NCBI GenBank assembly: GCA_964016885.1
Contig: OZ024744.1
Location: 39,494,001 to 39,558,000, forward strand
DNA length: 64,000 bases
From: Eledone cirrhosa
Lineage: Eukaryota
Direction of reading: 5' to 3'
The notes under the pieces were generated by a model. It was not told the DNA's origin, did not search any database, and saw only the letters and a program-made list of their open reading frames with translations. A program made the translations under genes and the position numbers. This document shows positions 1-13,090 of this stretch, piece by piece (position 1 is the first letter of the stretch; each line of letters begins with the position of its first letter).

Positions 1-38
1 CCCTGACAGACCCCCCCCCCCCCCCCCGGGCTGATAAT

Positions 39-672
39 CTTCTTCTTCTCCCACTTATTCCTGAGAGGGTTGTGGAGGCAGAGTCCTCAAACACTCCATC
101 CAGTAGGTCCTGTCAGAAGCAACTATCTCCAACGAGAGACCAGCCAAGCTCATGGATGTTATCCAACTATCTTGCTCGGTGTCTACCCGGGGTCTCCTGC
201 CGGTTCCTTTTGCCTGAAAAATCAGTCCAGTGATTCTTTCCTGGGACATTCTAACCGCATGCTCATAGTATCGCAGCTGTGATCTCTCAAATCGGAGAAG
301 TAGCGGCTCTAACTGGAGTGACTCTCTGATCTTCGACCTACGCACTTTATCGAGTAACGTTACACCAAAGACCTGTTGGAGAAATAACATTTCGGTTGCT
401 TGTATTTGCGATCGTATTCTTTTGGTCATTACCCAAAATTCATGGCCACCGAATTGTAGATAGCAAGTTTGACTTTTACACCTACCTCCCTTTTTCCGAT
501 TACTGAATGCTGAAGCTGACGCATTACTACACCAGCTCCTGTAATTCTTGCACTTAATTTAGCCTCCTGCCTTCCATCATTCGTGAACACGGCCCCGAGA
601 TACTTGAACTTTTCTACCTGCTTCAGTGGAACTCCATTCACGTGCAGAGTGCACTGCGAAGGCTTCCTTGAC
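39..672 (-). mobile_element. RTE-clade LINE 3' fragment (RT thumb and C-terminus), decayed
   Basis: ORFs 429-641 (KQVEKFKYLG) and 55-429 (IQATEMLFL, SQLRYYEH, GRRPR) are typical RTE ORF2 C-terminus; (GAA)n tail on the minus strand at 39-49; same family at 40590-41000. Confidence 0.8.
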
Positions 673-789
673 TACCAAGTTTCGTACAATTAATTTGGAC
701 TACATGCAATAAATAGGTACAGAGAAGATTTTTTCGTTAAAACGTCAGATTGACAGAATTCATTAGCTATTATATCTATCTATCTATCG

Positions 790-890
790 TCGAGGCTAAC
801 TTTGCCTTTCATCCTTACGGGGTCGATAAAATAAAGTACCAGTAATGTACTGGGTAATTGCTGGCCTTGTGCCAAAAGTAGAAACAATTA
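790..890 (+). mobile_element. SINE, 5'-truncated copy
   Basis: ctttgcctttcatccttacggggtcgataaaataaagtaccag...gctggccttgtgccaaaagtagaaac, nearly identical to copies at 2465, 27027 and 40207. Confidence 0.75.
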
Positions 891-1376
891 TATCTATCTA
901 TTACTAAAACTCTGCGATTGCTTGTTTGCTTGTCTGTAATGTAATACAGCCAAAAGGGAGAGTAGATTGAAAGAGAGCCATAGCGAGAGAGAAAGAGAGA
1001 AAGAGAAGGAGACAGAGAAGGAAAATGGAAGAGAGGGAGAGAGGGGGCGAGAGAGATAGGTGTTGTTGAATGAAATGATAACTGGTGACTTCAAAGAAAC
1101 GAATACAGCATCCTGCTAAATAGAAAGGGTTTCTAAGTGTGTGTGTGTCTGTGACTGGTGTATATAGGTCACAGACACCGCATATACATATACACACAAA
1201 CACACATATATATATATGAATATATATATTACTTTAAAAGGAAGTTGACTCTGAAATGCGAATACAAATGGAATAAAACAAGTTTCGCGTAAATCGGTGC
1301 ACGGGTTCCCGAGATATAGGGACGTAACTGTGCTGCAAAGCATGGCGCCCGACCCTCTACCGATACTGCCAATTCA

Positions 1377-1640
1377 TATTGCCAGAAATGATAACAGAAC
1401 ACACTCACTGTTTGGTTTGGGTTATAAATATATCTATTTTGAGTTTTTAACTCAATCTATGATATATATTTATATCTATATTTTTAACCGCTGGTCAATC
1501 AATGATAAACATTGGTTGCCAAATAAATTAACTATGGAGATATAAAAATACAGAAGCGAAAACCAACCCAAACCAAACAGTGAGTGTGTTCTGTTATTAT
1601 TTCTGGCAATACTATAACAATATGACCCTCCCCAAGTATA
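1377..1640. mobile_element. Fold-back remnant of a Penelope-type pseudo-LTR
   Basis: 1377-1423 is inverted at 1566-1611; ends in atgaccctcccaagtataac like the pLTR end at 4196-4216 and 18720-18741; a related copy lies at 39968-40082; followed by (TA)n. Confidence 0.6.
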
Positions 1641-1660
1641 ACTATATATAACTATATATA

Positions 1661-1694
<34 letters not shown>

Positions 1695-1827
1695 AATACA
1701 TACATTTATATATACAAATACACACATTTATTTATATATACAAATACACACATTTATTTATATATACAAATACACACATTTATATATATATACAAACACA
1801 CGCATTTATATATATACATACACACAC

Positions 1828-1883
<56 letters not shown>

Positions 1884-2464
1884 ACCTTCCAGTTTCATTT
1901 GACATTATATACGTTTGTGTATATTTTAATTATTTAAAAATTATTTTTAGGCGAACATGACCCAACGGGCCACGGGTGGTCTTGTATGTATCTATTAGGG
2001 TCATGGTTCACACGTCGACTCGCGCGCGCGCGTGATAATCTTTGGTTTTAAGTATCGTGAGAGTGAAAGAACACCATGAAACAAATTTCCAATAATCGGT
2101 AATAAAATGATATTGAACGGTACCTAATTTATTTAAATGTATGTAAAGTCCGAATGATTTATATGTACAATAGAATATGAAAGAAAAGGATTATAATCGA
2201 TATTAATAAATGCTAATAAATGTAAAATTAAATTATGTCGAATTTATAATGTCTAATATATTTCATAAAATATAGAGTAATGGGTAAAGACGCCCTTCGG
2301 TCACGAATGACCATGGGATTTGCATCTAGAAAGTTCTCCTCCAAGGCACATGCCTGGGCAGGGTTGTTTGTGGAAGACCATCAATGTTGTCCAACGAAGT
2401 GCAGAGTGTGGTTTAATTATTGCTGGTTTCAAATTCCATTATGAATTCCATTATTATGAATTTA

Positions 2465-2660
2465 TTGGCAGTATTGGGCGGTGGATTGGTAGAGGGTCGG
2501 ACGCCATGCTTTGATGCAGAGTTACGGTCCTTTCCCTTCTGAGTTCAAATCCCGCTGAGGTTAACTTTGTCTTTCATCCTTACGGGGTCGATAAAATAAA
2601 GTACTAGTAATACACTGGGGTAATTGCTGGCCTTGTGCCAAAAGTAGAAACAATTATTAT
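2465..2660 (+). mobile_element. Probable tRNA-derived SINE with conserved central domain (Meta/MESC-like)
   Basis: A-box-like tggcagtattgg, B-box gagttcaaatcc, central gtctttcatccttacggggtcgataaaataaagtac, (ATT)n tail; superfamily assignment from memory, not searched. Confidence 0.75.
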
Positions 2661-2844
2661 GAATTTATTTACAAGATGTTTCTTTTTAGGATAAGATAAT
2701 AAATGTAATTTACAAGCAAATGGTATGTTGATTTTAAAAAAGTGTGGGGGTGTAATAAATGAAGAAAAAATGGGGGTGGAGAAAACCCCCGCACACAATC
2801 CCACACGAGAATAAGAGGTGTTGGAGTTTCTAATATGTGTGAAG

Positions 2845-3000
2845 ACAATATTGCCACGGGTGATAGCGAGGCTGTGACACTGGAATAACCAAGCACCCTC
2901 ACAAGAATTACCTGTTACGTCGGTAAGACGAGCCGTCAACAATGACAAGAAGTTCGTTATCAGCGGCCCAGCTATACCAAAACGTCTCGAACGCAACTTA
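2845..3000 (-). mobile_element. CRE-like non-LTR retrotransposon C-terminal fragment
   Basis: Translation FGIAGPLITNFLSLLTARLTDVTGNSCEGAWLFQCHSLAITRGN resembles the CRE end motif FLFQRLSIAIQRGN. Confidence 0.55.
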
Positions 3001-3149
3001 CTGGGTTGTTTGCCAGTTGACTGTAGGTAGTCAGACCAGCAATCATTTATAATGCTTGGCAATACATGCTGAATTATGATTGCTAAAAAGTGTAAACACT
3101 TCCATTTATATAAATATATATATTATTATATTTGGGGAGGAAACAAATA

Positions 3150-3208
<59 letters not shown>

Positions 3209-3660
3209 CATACATACTGAGAGAGAGAGAGAGAGAGAGATACTAACCGTTTCAGACACTAGTCCTAAATCAGAAAATAGAATGAGAAATTAAAGAAGAA
3301 ATATGGCAATTGAAGTGACGGGCAATGGCAGAAACGAAAAAAAAAACCCGATTTATAAAGAAAAATATAGGTCCATGTCGTAATCTCTAGGAAAACTGTT
3401 GATGTTGGACTTTTGTGCACGATAAACTTGTTTTAAAAGGCGGTGATCGAGCGCATCTATCTGAAAGGTAAAAAGCCATTTTGTATAGACAGCTGTACGT
3501 GTGTGCATGCGTATACGTGTGTGTATGTGTGTGTGTGTTTGTATATGTCCATACGAAGATAAAAGGATATACGTGTGTATAAGAGTGTGTGTTTGTAAGT
3601 ACGAATGTGTGTGTATATAAGGGTGTGTGTGTGTATGTTAATTATTGATCTCTCTCTCTC

Positions 3661-3705
<45 letters not shown>

Positions 3706-3856
3706 ATACTTTGGGAGGGTCATGTTGCCAATAAGAAACACACGCACCAGTTGCTTTCACTTCAATTTAATTTATTATATATTTATAAATTTACAAATTT
3801 ATAAATTTCTGGTTGGTTGGTTGGTTCCACAACCAGATAGTTGTTTATATATATAT

Positions 3857-3901
3857 AATCATAGTTCTTTCGTCACACACTCTGTGACCTCTTCAGTGAC
3901 T
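3857..3901 (-). ncRNA. Minimal type-I hammerhead ribozyme (mirror copy)
   Basis: Reverse complement: agtca CTGAAGA g gtcac agagtgt gtgac GAAA gaac TA tgatt. Confidence 0.7.
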
Positions 3902-4016
3902 GGGGATTTCTTTCTTCGTTTCTGTGCCTTTCCTTTCTTCTATCCTACGCCATTTTGTTTCAAAATGGCGTAGGATAGAAGAAAGGAAAGGCACAGAAAC
4001 GAAGAAAGAAATCCCC

Positions 4017-4061
4017 AGTCACTGAAGAGGTCACAGAGTGTGTGACGAAAGAACTATGACT
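4017..4061 (+). ncRNA. Minimal type-I hammerhead ribozyme in Penelope pLTR
   Basis: agtca CTGAAGA g gtcac agagtgt gtgac GAAA gaac TA tgact: 5-bp stem I, 5-bp stem II, very short stem III, CUA site. Confidence 0.75.
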
Positions 4062-4272
4062 ATATATATATAAACAACTATCTGGTTGTGGAACCAACCA
4101 ACCAACCAGAAATTTATAAATTTGTAAATTTATAAATATATAATAAATTAAATTGAAGTGAAAGCAACTGGTGCGTGTGTTTCTTATTGGCAACATGACC
4201 CTCCCAAAGTATAACAATATCGGTTTCAACACACGATTTCAGATAAAGAATCTTGCTAAACAAATTCAGAAA

Positions 4273-4319
<47 letters not shown>

Positions 4320-4489
4320 ATATTAATAAATGGAAACTACATTTATAAAACCATAATTACTTTATTATATATATTTCAAGGGCGACCAAGGTAAATTATG
4401 GTGCGCTTTCAAATAAAATACAGATTTGTTTTATAAATAAATATTGACATACTCGGAAAAAAGACACCCTCAACGGTTGAAATTCGCTG

Positions 4490-4590
4490 GATAGTTATAT
4501 ATATATCAGTTATATATATATCAGTTATATATATATATCAGTTATATATATATCAGTTATATATATATCAGTTATATATATATCAGTTAT
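4490..4590. repeat. Compound (TA)nTCAGT minisatellite
   Basis: Six units of tatatatatatcagt with variable TA number. Confidence 0.9.
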
Positions 4591-4668
4591 AAAAAATGTT
4601 TAAGCTTGTTGAATCCCCACAAATTAAATATAACCTCTGCATATATATATATATTTATGAATACAGCC

Positions 4669-4755
4669 AGGACCCCGACGGCTGAGCTCCGGCCGTTTCG
4701 ACAACTAGTTCGGATCTAGCTGTCGAAACGGCCGGAGCTCAGCCGTCGGAGTCCT
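4669..4755. repeat. GC-rich hairpin containing the 3' half of a hammerhead
   Basis: About 40-bp inverted arms around ttcggat; right arm reads gtc GAAA cggc cggagctca gccg TC ggag. Confidence 0.75.
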
Positions 4756-4976
4756 CGTTTACTGAGGCTGATGCGGGACTAAACAACAACAACAGCAATA
4801 AGGACGACAGCAACAGTAACAACAAAAAACAACAATGTGTTCATATATATATATATATATATATATATACCTATATATGAGATGTCAACATGAATGGACC
4901 TGTTATTTTTATCTAAAGACATTTTTTTCCAATTACAACCCACCCGTCCCTTCAATCTATCTTATTTCTCAGTCTT

Positions 4977-5012
4977 TCTTCTGATGAAGGACTAGCATCT
5001 GAAACGTCAAGA
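4977..5012 (+). ncRNA. Minimal type-I hammerhead ribozyme
   Basis: tctt CTGATGA a gga ctagca tct GAAA cg TC aaga; palindromic ACGT at stem III, GUC site; decayed relative on minus strand near 3245-3275. Confidence 0.65.
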
Positions 5013-5097
5013 TCCTCTTCCTGGTATTTCAAGCGTTAACCTAATATATCACTTCCATATACTGTACCGATTGTGTTGTTATTTCTGTTTACCTTTT

Positions 5098-5133
<36 letters not shown>

Positions 5134-5223
5134 TAAATATATATATATATAATATAGAAATGGCTTCTACAGGACTAGAACTGTTTCATTCGGGAGAAAC
5201 CATCACCATCATATATATATATA

Positions 5224-6018
5224 GGCATACGTCGAGACGGGCGGTCTCAAAAGTGAAACTAATTTTTGACAGTTACGATTGTGAATTTGTTTGTTTTTTT
5301 ACAACAGGTCTCAATAGTGAAAGTATAATGCAGACACACGCAATTGTATAGATTTCTTAATATATATATATGTGTGGGTGTGTATATGTGTGTGTGTATG
5401 TATATATATATATGTCTGTTTTTATATATATATGTGTTTGTGTCATCATCATCGTTTAACATTCAAGGTGGCATTTACCTCCATGATGTTGTTGTGCACC
5501 AACGGAACTTTGTAGATCCTGAAGACCCTAATGTGCACACACAACTCATAGAGAACACTTGGAGCCGTGCAAAGAAAAAGATTCGTCGCCAGCATGGGAC
5601 AAGCGATTCTTTATTCCCCTCATATTTAGCTGAATTTCTTTGGCGGCAGAGAGTTGGTGCCAACAAGTTTGGCGAGATGATCAACTGTATTTCAGCTATT
5701 TATAGGGTGTAATAAGGATTTTCATAAGGTACGTCAATTTATATTTTATATGCAACAAACGTATAACTATGTAGTTATTTAAAAAAATTTTATTTCTTTC
5801 AACACACAATGTCATTATTTTTTAAAAAAATTTTCCGTACACACAATACACAAAAAAAGAAAAAAAAAAAAAATCACGTACACGCAATACTAATTAACAC
5901 CATATCACTATTGAGACCTGTTGTAAAAAAACAAACAAATTCACAATCCAAATTGAAAGTAATCACTTACGTAACTGTCAAAAATTAGTTTCACTTTTGA
6001 GACCGCCCGTCTTGACGT

Positions 6019-6023
<5 letters not shown>
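5224..6023 (+). mobile_element. Merlin (IS1595/ISXO2-like) DNA transposon, internally deleted
   Basis: TIRs ggcatacgtcgagacgggcggtctcaaaagtgaaac (5224) and its inverse ending 6023, about 97 bp with a right-arm insertion; remnant HQRNFVDP...HTQLIENTWSRAK...FPSYLAEFLWR; flanked by (TA)n. Confidence 0.85.
5490..5712 (+). pseudogene. Merlin transposase C-terminal remnant
   Basis: H-x-x-N-FVDP, HTQxIExxW and YLxEFxWR motifs of DDE_Tnp_IS1595. Confidence 0.85.
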
Positions 6024-6049
<26 letters not shown>

Positions 6050-6129
6050 GGGGGGGGGGGGGGGGGGTATAAATGTAATCTGAGTTTTTGAATATTAATA
6101 ATAATATTTGATTCGTTTGCAATCATGCA

Positions 6130-6335
6130 AACAAGCCTCTTTTAAGCTATGTCAGTAGAATGAGCTCCTCATTCTTGCTCTTGTGTTGGCATGTAAACAG
6201 AACTGGAGACACTAATGTTTCTGGGTATCACCCTTCATCGGTACAGCTCACTGTTCACCTGCCAATTGTCAGAGTTAGTGAAAATATATATTTTCTAAAA
6301 TATACAGTGACTGATCGGCCTCATTTGCATATTAG
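6130..6335 (-). mobile_element. Retrozyme-like octamer-TATA-hammerhead unit, copy C (degenerate core)
   Basis: Minus strand: ATGCAAAT (6330-6323), tatata from 6290, then gagctgta CCGATGA a gggt gat accc a GAAA cattagtg TC tccagttc (6249-6200). Confidence 0.6.
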
Positions 6336-6428
6336 CAGACTGGATGATCAGTCAAATCTGCATATTAGCAGATCCACTGATCAGCCAGATTTGCATATCA
6401 GCAGACTGGCCAGTCAGTTTGTGAAGTT

Positions 6429-6910
6429 TATGGCGATGATGTTGTAGGTGAATCAACTGTTCGAAAGTGGTTTGCAAAATTTAAAGCTGGAGAGTTTAGC
6501 TTGGGAGATGATAGTCGCAAAAATTGGATGAAGATGTATTGAAGGCAAAAATGGAAAAAATCTCAAATATTACGACTGGAGAACTTGCAGAGGAATTGGA
6601 AGTTTCTAAAAGTACGGCTCATGAACACCTAATGAAACTAGGATACATTTCTCGCTATAATGTATGGGTCCCTCACAAACTCTCAGAAAATAATTTCTTG
6701 GTCCGGTATTCTGTTTGTGATACGCTTTTGAAACGGAATGAAAGTATGCCTTTTTTAAAACAACATATGACTGGAGATGAAAAATGGATTGTGTACGAAA
6801 ACGTAGTGCGAAAGAAATCCTGGAGTTTGCGTAAGGATCTCCCAAAACAGCAACCAAAGACGAATATTCATACCAAAAAAGTTATGCTTTGTGTTTGGTG
6901 GGATCATAAA
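6429..6910 (+). pseudogene. Mariner-family transposase fragment
   Basis: YGDDVVGESTVRKWFAKFKAG then, after a frameshift, WVPHKL, MTGDEKWIVYEN, KKVMLCVWWD. Confidence 0.9.
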
Positions 6911-7381
6911 TACATTATATCGAGTGCTTTATTCCTCTTTCTATCTCTCCATCTCAGAATCGACCATATAAAGAAAGGAACATTCAACTCGTGTCGCTAC
7001 TAGTCCTTCTACCACGACATTGTGTTGATACGAAAAGAGTTGTTTTTTTTCTTTTCAAATGAAGTGTACTCGGGACTAAATTAGACAATGTATCTTTCCT
7101 TTTTCTTAAATCGATATGGTTTGGGGAGGAATCATTGCTATTCTAAATAGATTAAAGAGTTGCACAGAATATACCGTGTTGATTCTTGAAAGTAGCAATG
7201 ATGTTGTTAATGGTGATGGGAAAAGTATGAGATGATGACAGGGCGGCAGCGATGGTGATGGTGGTGGTAGTGCTGTTTTTGTTGGCGGCAGCGATGGTGG
7301 TGGTGGTGATAAGAGTTGTTTAATCCAGTGTTAGCGCTGATCCACAAACCTGTGGTTAAAGTTTTTCCAGTCGAGACCATC

Positions 7382-7579
7382 TGAAGCGAAGCAATGGTTA
7401 GTAAACATTGTTAGAGGTGAAATAACTCAAATAAAAGATGGTTTCGTTTTGATACAAAATTTACTTCACTTCAGTTAATAAATGAACAAAGAATAAGTTA
7501 CTACAAGTTATGATGGTTGACGATGTTTTTGCTGTTATGGTGAAATAGTCTGTGGCCAGAGAAGGGGAGAGCCTGTAAG

Positions 7580-7619
<40 letters not shown>

Positions 7620-7857
7620 CTGTAGACCCCAAGGGGCCTGTAGAAAGCAAATGTTTTACATCGTTATTCTATCAAGAACTGCTCCGAACTTCCCTTTGCT
7701 TGGTCTAAGACGGGCTATTTATATCTGTCGCTTGCTCCGTCCCCTGCCTCGAGAGATCCCCCACGCATCAACTTGTTTACGCTAAAAAGGAGGTAACCCA
7801 GAATTTGACCGTTAAATGTTACCCAGGGGTCAAGGTGTGGACAGATTTCGGTATACA
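7382..7857 (-). mobile_element. Possible solo LTR inserted into an older dispersed repeat
   Basis: Minus strand runs TG...CA with tataaatag near 7720; interrupts the repeat family seen at 7310-7380, 7860-8040 and 44480-44650; no clear TSD. Confidence 0.3.
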
Positions 7858-8049
7858 TCCCCACTTCTGTTCTAAACCAAATGTATCTGGGACTACATTA
7901 GCCAATGTGTCCCTGTTTTGTTATTGTTTAGTCCTTGGTCACTCCTGTCGAAGCAATCGCTTATTAAAATCTTTCCAATCGTGACCATTGCGTCTTTACT
8001 TTTTATCAGGCAATGCATCTAGGACAACGCTATCCTTCTTTGTTGTTGT

Positions 8050-8082
<33 letters not shown>

Positions 8083-8649
8083 TGTCGTCGCCGTCGCCGC
8101 CGCCTCATGCCATCCCCTATTGAGCAGACCTGTGATCAAAGTTATTCTGTTCCTTTGTTTCACTTAGATCCTGCCATCGTCATTGTTGATGTAATAGCAA
8201 ACCAGTGGTTATTAGTATATTTCAAGTTTTGATATTCACATTGTATATCTCTTCGTGTGTCCAGTCTAATATCACAAATGTTGGTACAAGTAGTGACACT
8301 ACAAGAGCGTTATAAAATACAGTTTTATTGAATACTAGCAGAATGGCCCGGCGTTGCTCGGGATTCTAAACATAGATTGGCATGTTTATCCCTCCTTTCT
8401 GAAACAGTTTCGTCGTATGTTCACCAATTGATGCAGAAGTCCTAATAAAAAGTGAAGTCGCCTTGGGTGAATAGGCAAATAATTTTCCATTAAGATTTTT
8501 CAAAAGCATGTAATTGCGTTCCTTCTCTTTTTTTTTTGTTGTTGTTTTTGCTGCTGTCGAGCCTCGTGAAATAAATACGTTTGTTTATATTTTGTTATTA
8601 TGTATGCAAAAATATCTGTACACGAATATATAATTATATATATATATTA

Positions 8650-9383
<734 letters not shown>

Positions 9384-9559
9384 TGAAATATTTTTTGCTC
9401 AAAACACTCACACGACCATAAGTATTACATGTGTAAAGTTTGAAAGAAATCGGTTGGGTGGTTCTTCTCGAGTTTTAGGGAGTCAGACAGACATTCTCTG
9501 TTTTAGATATATAGCTAGGCAAATCTGACCATCTGATCATCCGACTTCCAAACTTGTTG

Positions 9560-9900
9560 ATGTCTGCTGAGGTATACTTTGGTCTCTCTGGAATTTTACT
9601 CACAACACCAACGAATTAAACATTCTCACCGATTCTGAAATACTTGTAGTATTTCTCATTGGAGACAATAGAAATAATCAGGACAACAACCTTTCCCTTA
9701 TCCTGACCAAACTCCATTCCTATGTCCTGTGAGAATATTGCGACCAATTCTAACTCTCTCTTAGTGCTGTAAATATTAACTGAATACAGCTTAAGGTCAT
9801 TGGCAAAATGGTGTGGATGACATGAATTCTCCACTCCTAACATATATGTAGCTTTGGCATTTCCTGAGTTCATTGCAAGCATGATTAGCATTACAGGGAA
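9560..9900 (-). mobile_element. Old R4/Dong-type RT fragment
   Basis: HHFANDLKLY...LELVAIFSQDIGMEFGQDK aligns by eye with HLFFVDDLKLY...LDLITQFSTDIKMKFG of the 52-60 kb elements. Confidence 0.6.
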
Positions 9901-10171
9901 GCTGTCAAGCTGGAATATTGCTGGTGAAAAAAGAATTTTATAAAGTATATTTTGCCTACAACAAAAAAAGACAGTAATTAAAAAACAAAAGCACTTCACT
10001 CACTGATGCTGATATTGTGAAAATCTAGAAATGTTGATTAAACTGAATTATGGATGGGAAAAATCTGATAAAAAATGTTAAATATAGTTGTTATTTAATG
10101 AAATATGCACCCAGGCACACACATAAAACACACACTCATACACATACATACATATGTGTGTGTGGGGGGGG

Positions 10172-13090
10172 CCATCGTTTTTATGTCCGCTTTTCCAAGC
10201 TTGCATGGGTTGGACGAGTTCTTCTCAGCATGGCATCTCTCCATACGTCGCGATCCTTTGTCATCTCCTCTGTGAGTTTCAGTGATTTGAGGACAGCTCT
10301 CACAATCTCTGCTCAGCTCTTTCTTGGTCTACCTCTACTGTGACTTCCTTCCACTGGCATTTCTTGGCACGATTATGGTCCATGTGTATCATGTCTAAAC
10401 CAATGCAGTCTTCTCTCCTGCACACTACCTTGAATTTCTCTTAAACCTAGCTTCTTTTTCAACTCACCCAAGCTCTGCCTATCTCTCACACATACATTGC
10501 ACATCTAACGGATCATGCTTGCTTCATTTCTCTTCGGTCTAGGCACATCCTTCGCAGTCACAGCCCATGTTTCACTACCATGCCGCACCACACTTCGCAC
10601 ACAGGCATCATACAGTCGTCCTTTTGTATGTAGGAAGAAACCTTTTCAACAGTGGGAGTAACTCTTAACTTTTTCCATCCTATCCTTATTCTAGCTATTA
10701 TGTTCTCAGAGCACCCCGCCATTGTTAATTACGTTGCAGAAGCTAAAAACCACTTTTATAGGTCCTTCCTGTGACTGGAATATGTTTACATTACTGGCTA
10801 TCTTCTGCTCTGTTACCCCTGTGCATCTTCTACAAAGTCTTCCCTTCCTGTTAGCTTACTCGTTATCCCACTACATCGATTGTGTACCCAATATTTAATT
10901 GTGTACATCGTATGGAGTTTATGCCTTCCCTTTCTACATATTGAGCAGAGCCACTTTTTTCTTTCCTATGCATTAGCACTTTAGTTTTGACTAAGTTTAC
11001 TCTTAGGCCATTTGATTCTAAATTTTGTTTCTATAGTCGGAACTTATTTTCTAGATCTTTAATGGATTCAGCTAGAAGGACCAGATCATCTGCATAGAGA
11101 AGTTTCCATCGGCAGCCAGTCTTAAACTCCTCAGTTATAGCTTGGAGGACTATAATGAATAGTAGTGGGCTAAGAAACGAAGCTTCATGAACACCTACTT
11201 GTACCTCGAATTCCAGGCTAAACTCATTTCCTACTCTCACTTTGCTGACAGCTCTTCTGTACATGGTTTGCACTGCTCTCACCAACTATTCTTCTACATA
11301 CGATTTCCTTAAGGACCACCAGATAATAGATCAGGGTACTATGTCAAATAGTTTTTCTAGGTCAACGAAAGCTAGGTATGATGGCTTATTTTTGGTTAAG
11401 AACTTCTCTTGTAGTTGCCTCACTAAAAAGAGGGAGTCTATTACTTTTCCCAGATATGAAACCAAACTGCATCTCATCTATTTTGACTATTTCTCTAATT
11501 AGTTGCGCCATTACTTTCATAACTTAGGCCATTAGTTTTCCCTCTGTTGTTGCTCCTTTTTAGAGCAACACATTTGTTTTTGTAACAATTTACAATTGTG
11601 CTGCTGCACCAGTCATTGGGTATGACACTGTCCTGTATTACCTGATTGACTATGCGGGTCACTAGTTTGACTCCTACTTCTCCCGATGTTTTTAGCATCT
11701 CAGCAATTAGCTCTAAGTGTCCCACAGCTTTACCATTTTTTATCTCTTTAACTCTATGACTGCCAACTCCAATGGCTGACCCTTCCTCCCATTCATTCTC
11801 TACATTCATTAGTCTCTCATAGTAACATTTACAGGCCTCTTTCTCTTGAGCATCAGTGGTGCTAAATACACCAGTGTCATTTCTAACATTTTTCCCCAAC
11901 AACACCATGATTCACACTGACACACTGCCTTGCAATGTGGAACATTTCGCATCTCTGATCCTCACATCTCAGGACGTATTTCTTCAGTCTCTCTCCAAGC
12001 TGTGTATACCTGTTGCCTAGCTTCTTTCTTAGCCACTTTGCACCGATCTCTGCTACCCCCATTTGACCAGTCTCTCCAAGCCTGCCTCATGGCTTTGATG
12101 GCTCCATCTACTGTTCCACCACCAGATCACCTTCTGACTGGCTGATGCTCTACTCCAGCCACACACCACGTCAGTAGTTTGCCAAAGATTGTCAGGTAAG
12201 AATTTCCAGTTGTCCTCTACGTCATAGGTATCTAACTTGTAACTTTTCTCATCGAATGCGTCCCGTAAGGCCTTTTTAAATTTATATTTAATCGAGAGAT
12301 CCTTTAATTTCCAGATCCTCCGTCTCCATATTTACCTTTGTGCCTTGTTCTGTCTTGTGTTTATTTTGATGTCACTAATAACTAACTTGTGCTGAGCGGT
12401 GCATTCCTCCCCAGGGAAGGCCTTAGTATTTATAACAGTCCATTTGTCTTGTTGTCTAACAAGTAAATAGTCAATTTGGCTTTTGTGTCCATATGATTGA
12501 TATGAGATTAGGTGGCTAGCTGGTTTCCTGAAATTTGTGTTGTAAATGCTTAGTTTATTTGCATCACAGAATTCCAGGAGCTTCAATCCCTCTTCATTCC
12601 TTGAGTCATAACCATAACCACTGTGAACTCCACTGAATCCTTCCTAATAGGGTTCTACGTATCTGTTGAAGTCATCTGCCAGGATGACGAGGTCACCTTC
12701 ATTAGTAACTGAAGTCATCTGTAAAAGTTCTTCATAAAACCTGTCTTTTTGTTCTTTACTCAGTCTGGTCTGTGGAACATAGGCAGATGTAATTGTCACC
12801 ATTCTATTTCCTACTGCTAATCTAAGCTTCATAATTCTGACGCTTATCCTAACTACTTCTATCACTTTATCTATTTCTCAGCAAGTACACCTCCTACCCC
12901 ATCATAATTGCTTATCCAGTATAGCTTGCATCTATGCTGTTTACCTATGCTGTCAGTAGTCTTGCTGAGGCACCCCTCCATCTCACCTCTTGTGCATAAC
13001 AGATGTCTGCTTCTCTAGCAGTTCCACAATTGTGCCTGATTTACCTTTCAGGATGCCAGCATTGAGGTGGCTGTCCTGAGTATTGTACCT
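10172..13090 (-). mobile_element. Near full-length decayed RTE LINE (APE endonuclease plus RT)
   Basis: SAYVPQ, LADDFN, SQIDYLL, QHKLV (APE); VQVGVH, LSPLLF, LLYADDLVL (RT); 3' end at 10172; many stops and frameshifts. Confidence 0.9.

Larger units (their letters stand above)
3701..4275. mobile_element. Penelope pseudo-LTR fold-back palindrome (about 258-bp arms, apex near 3960)
   Basis: 3701-3958 is the near-perfect reverse complement of 3961-4217; arm is homologous to the 3' region (18500-18741) of the GIY-YIG element; (TA)n on both sides. Confidence 0.85.

Noticed and set aside
2465-2560. tRNA gene
   Set aside because: A and B boxes belong to a multi-copy SINE head; no full cloverleaf
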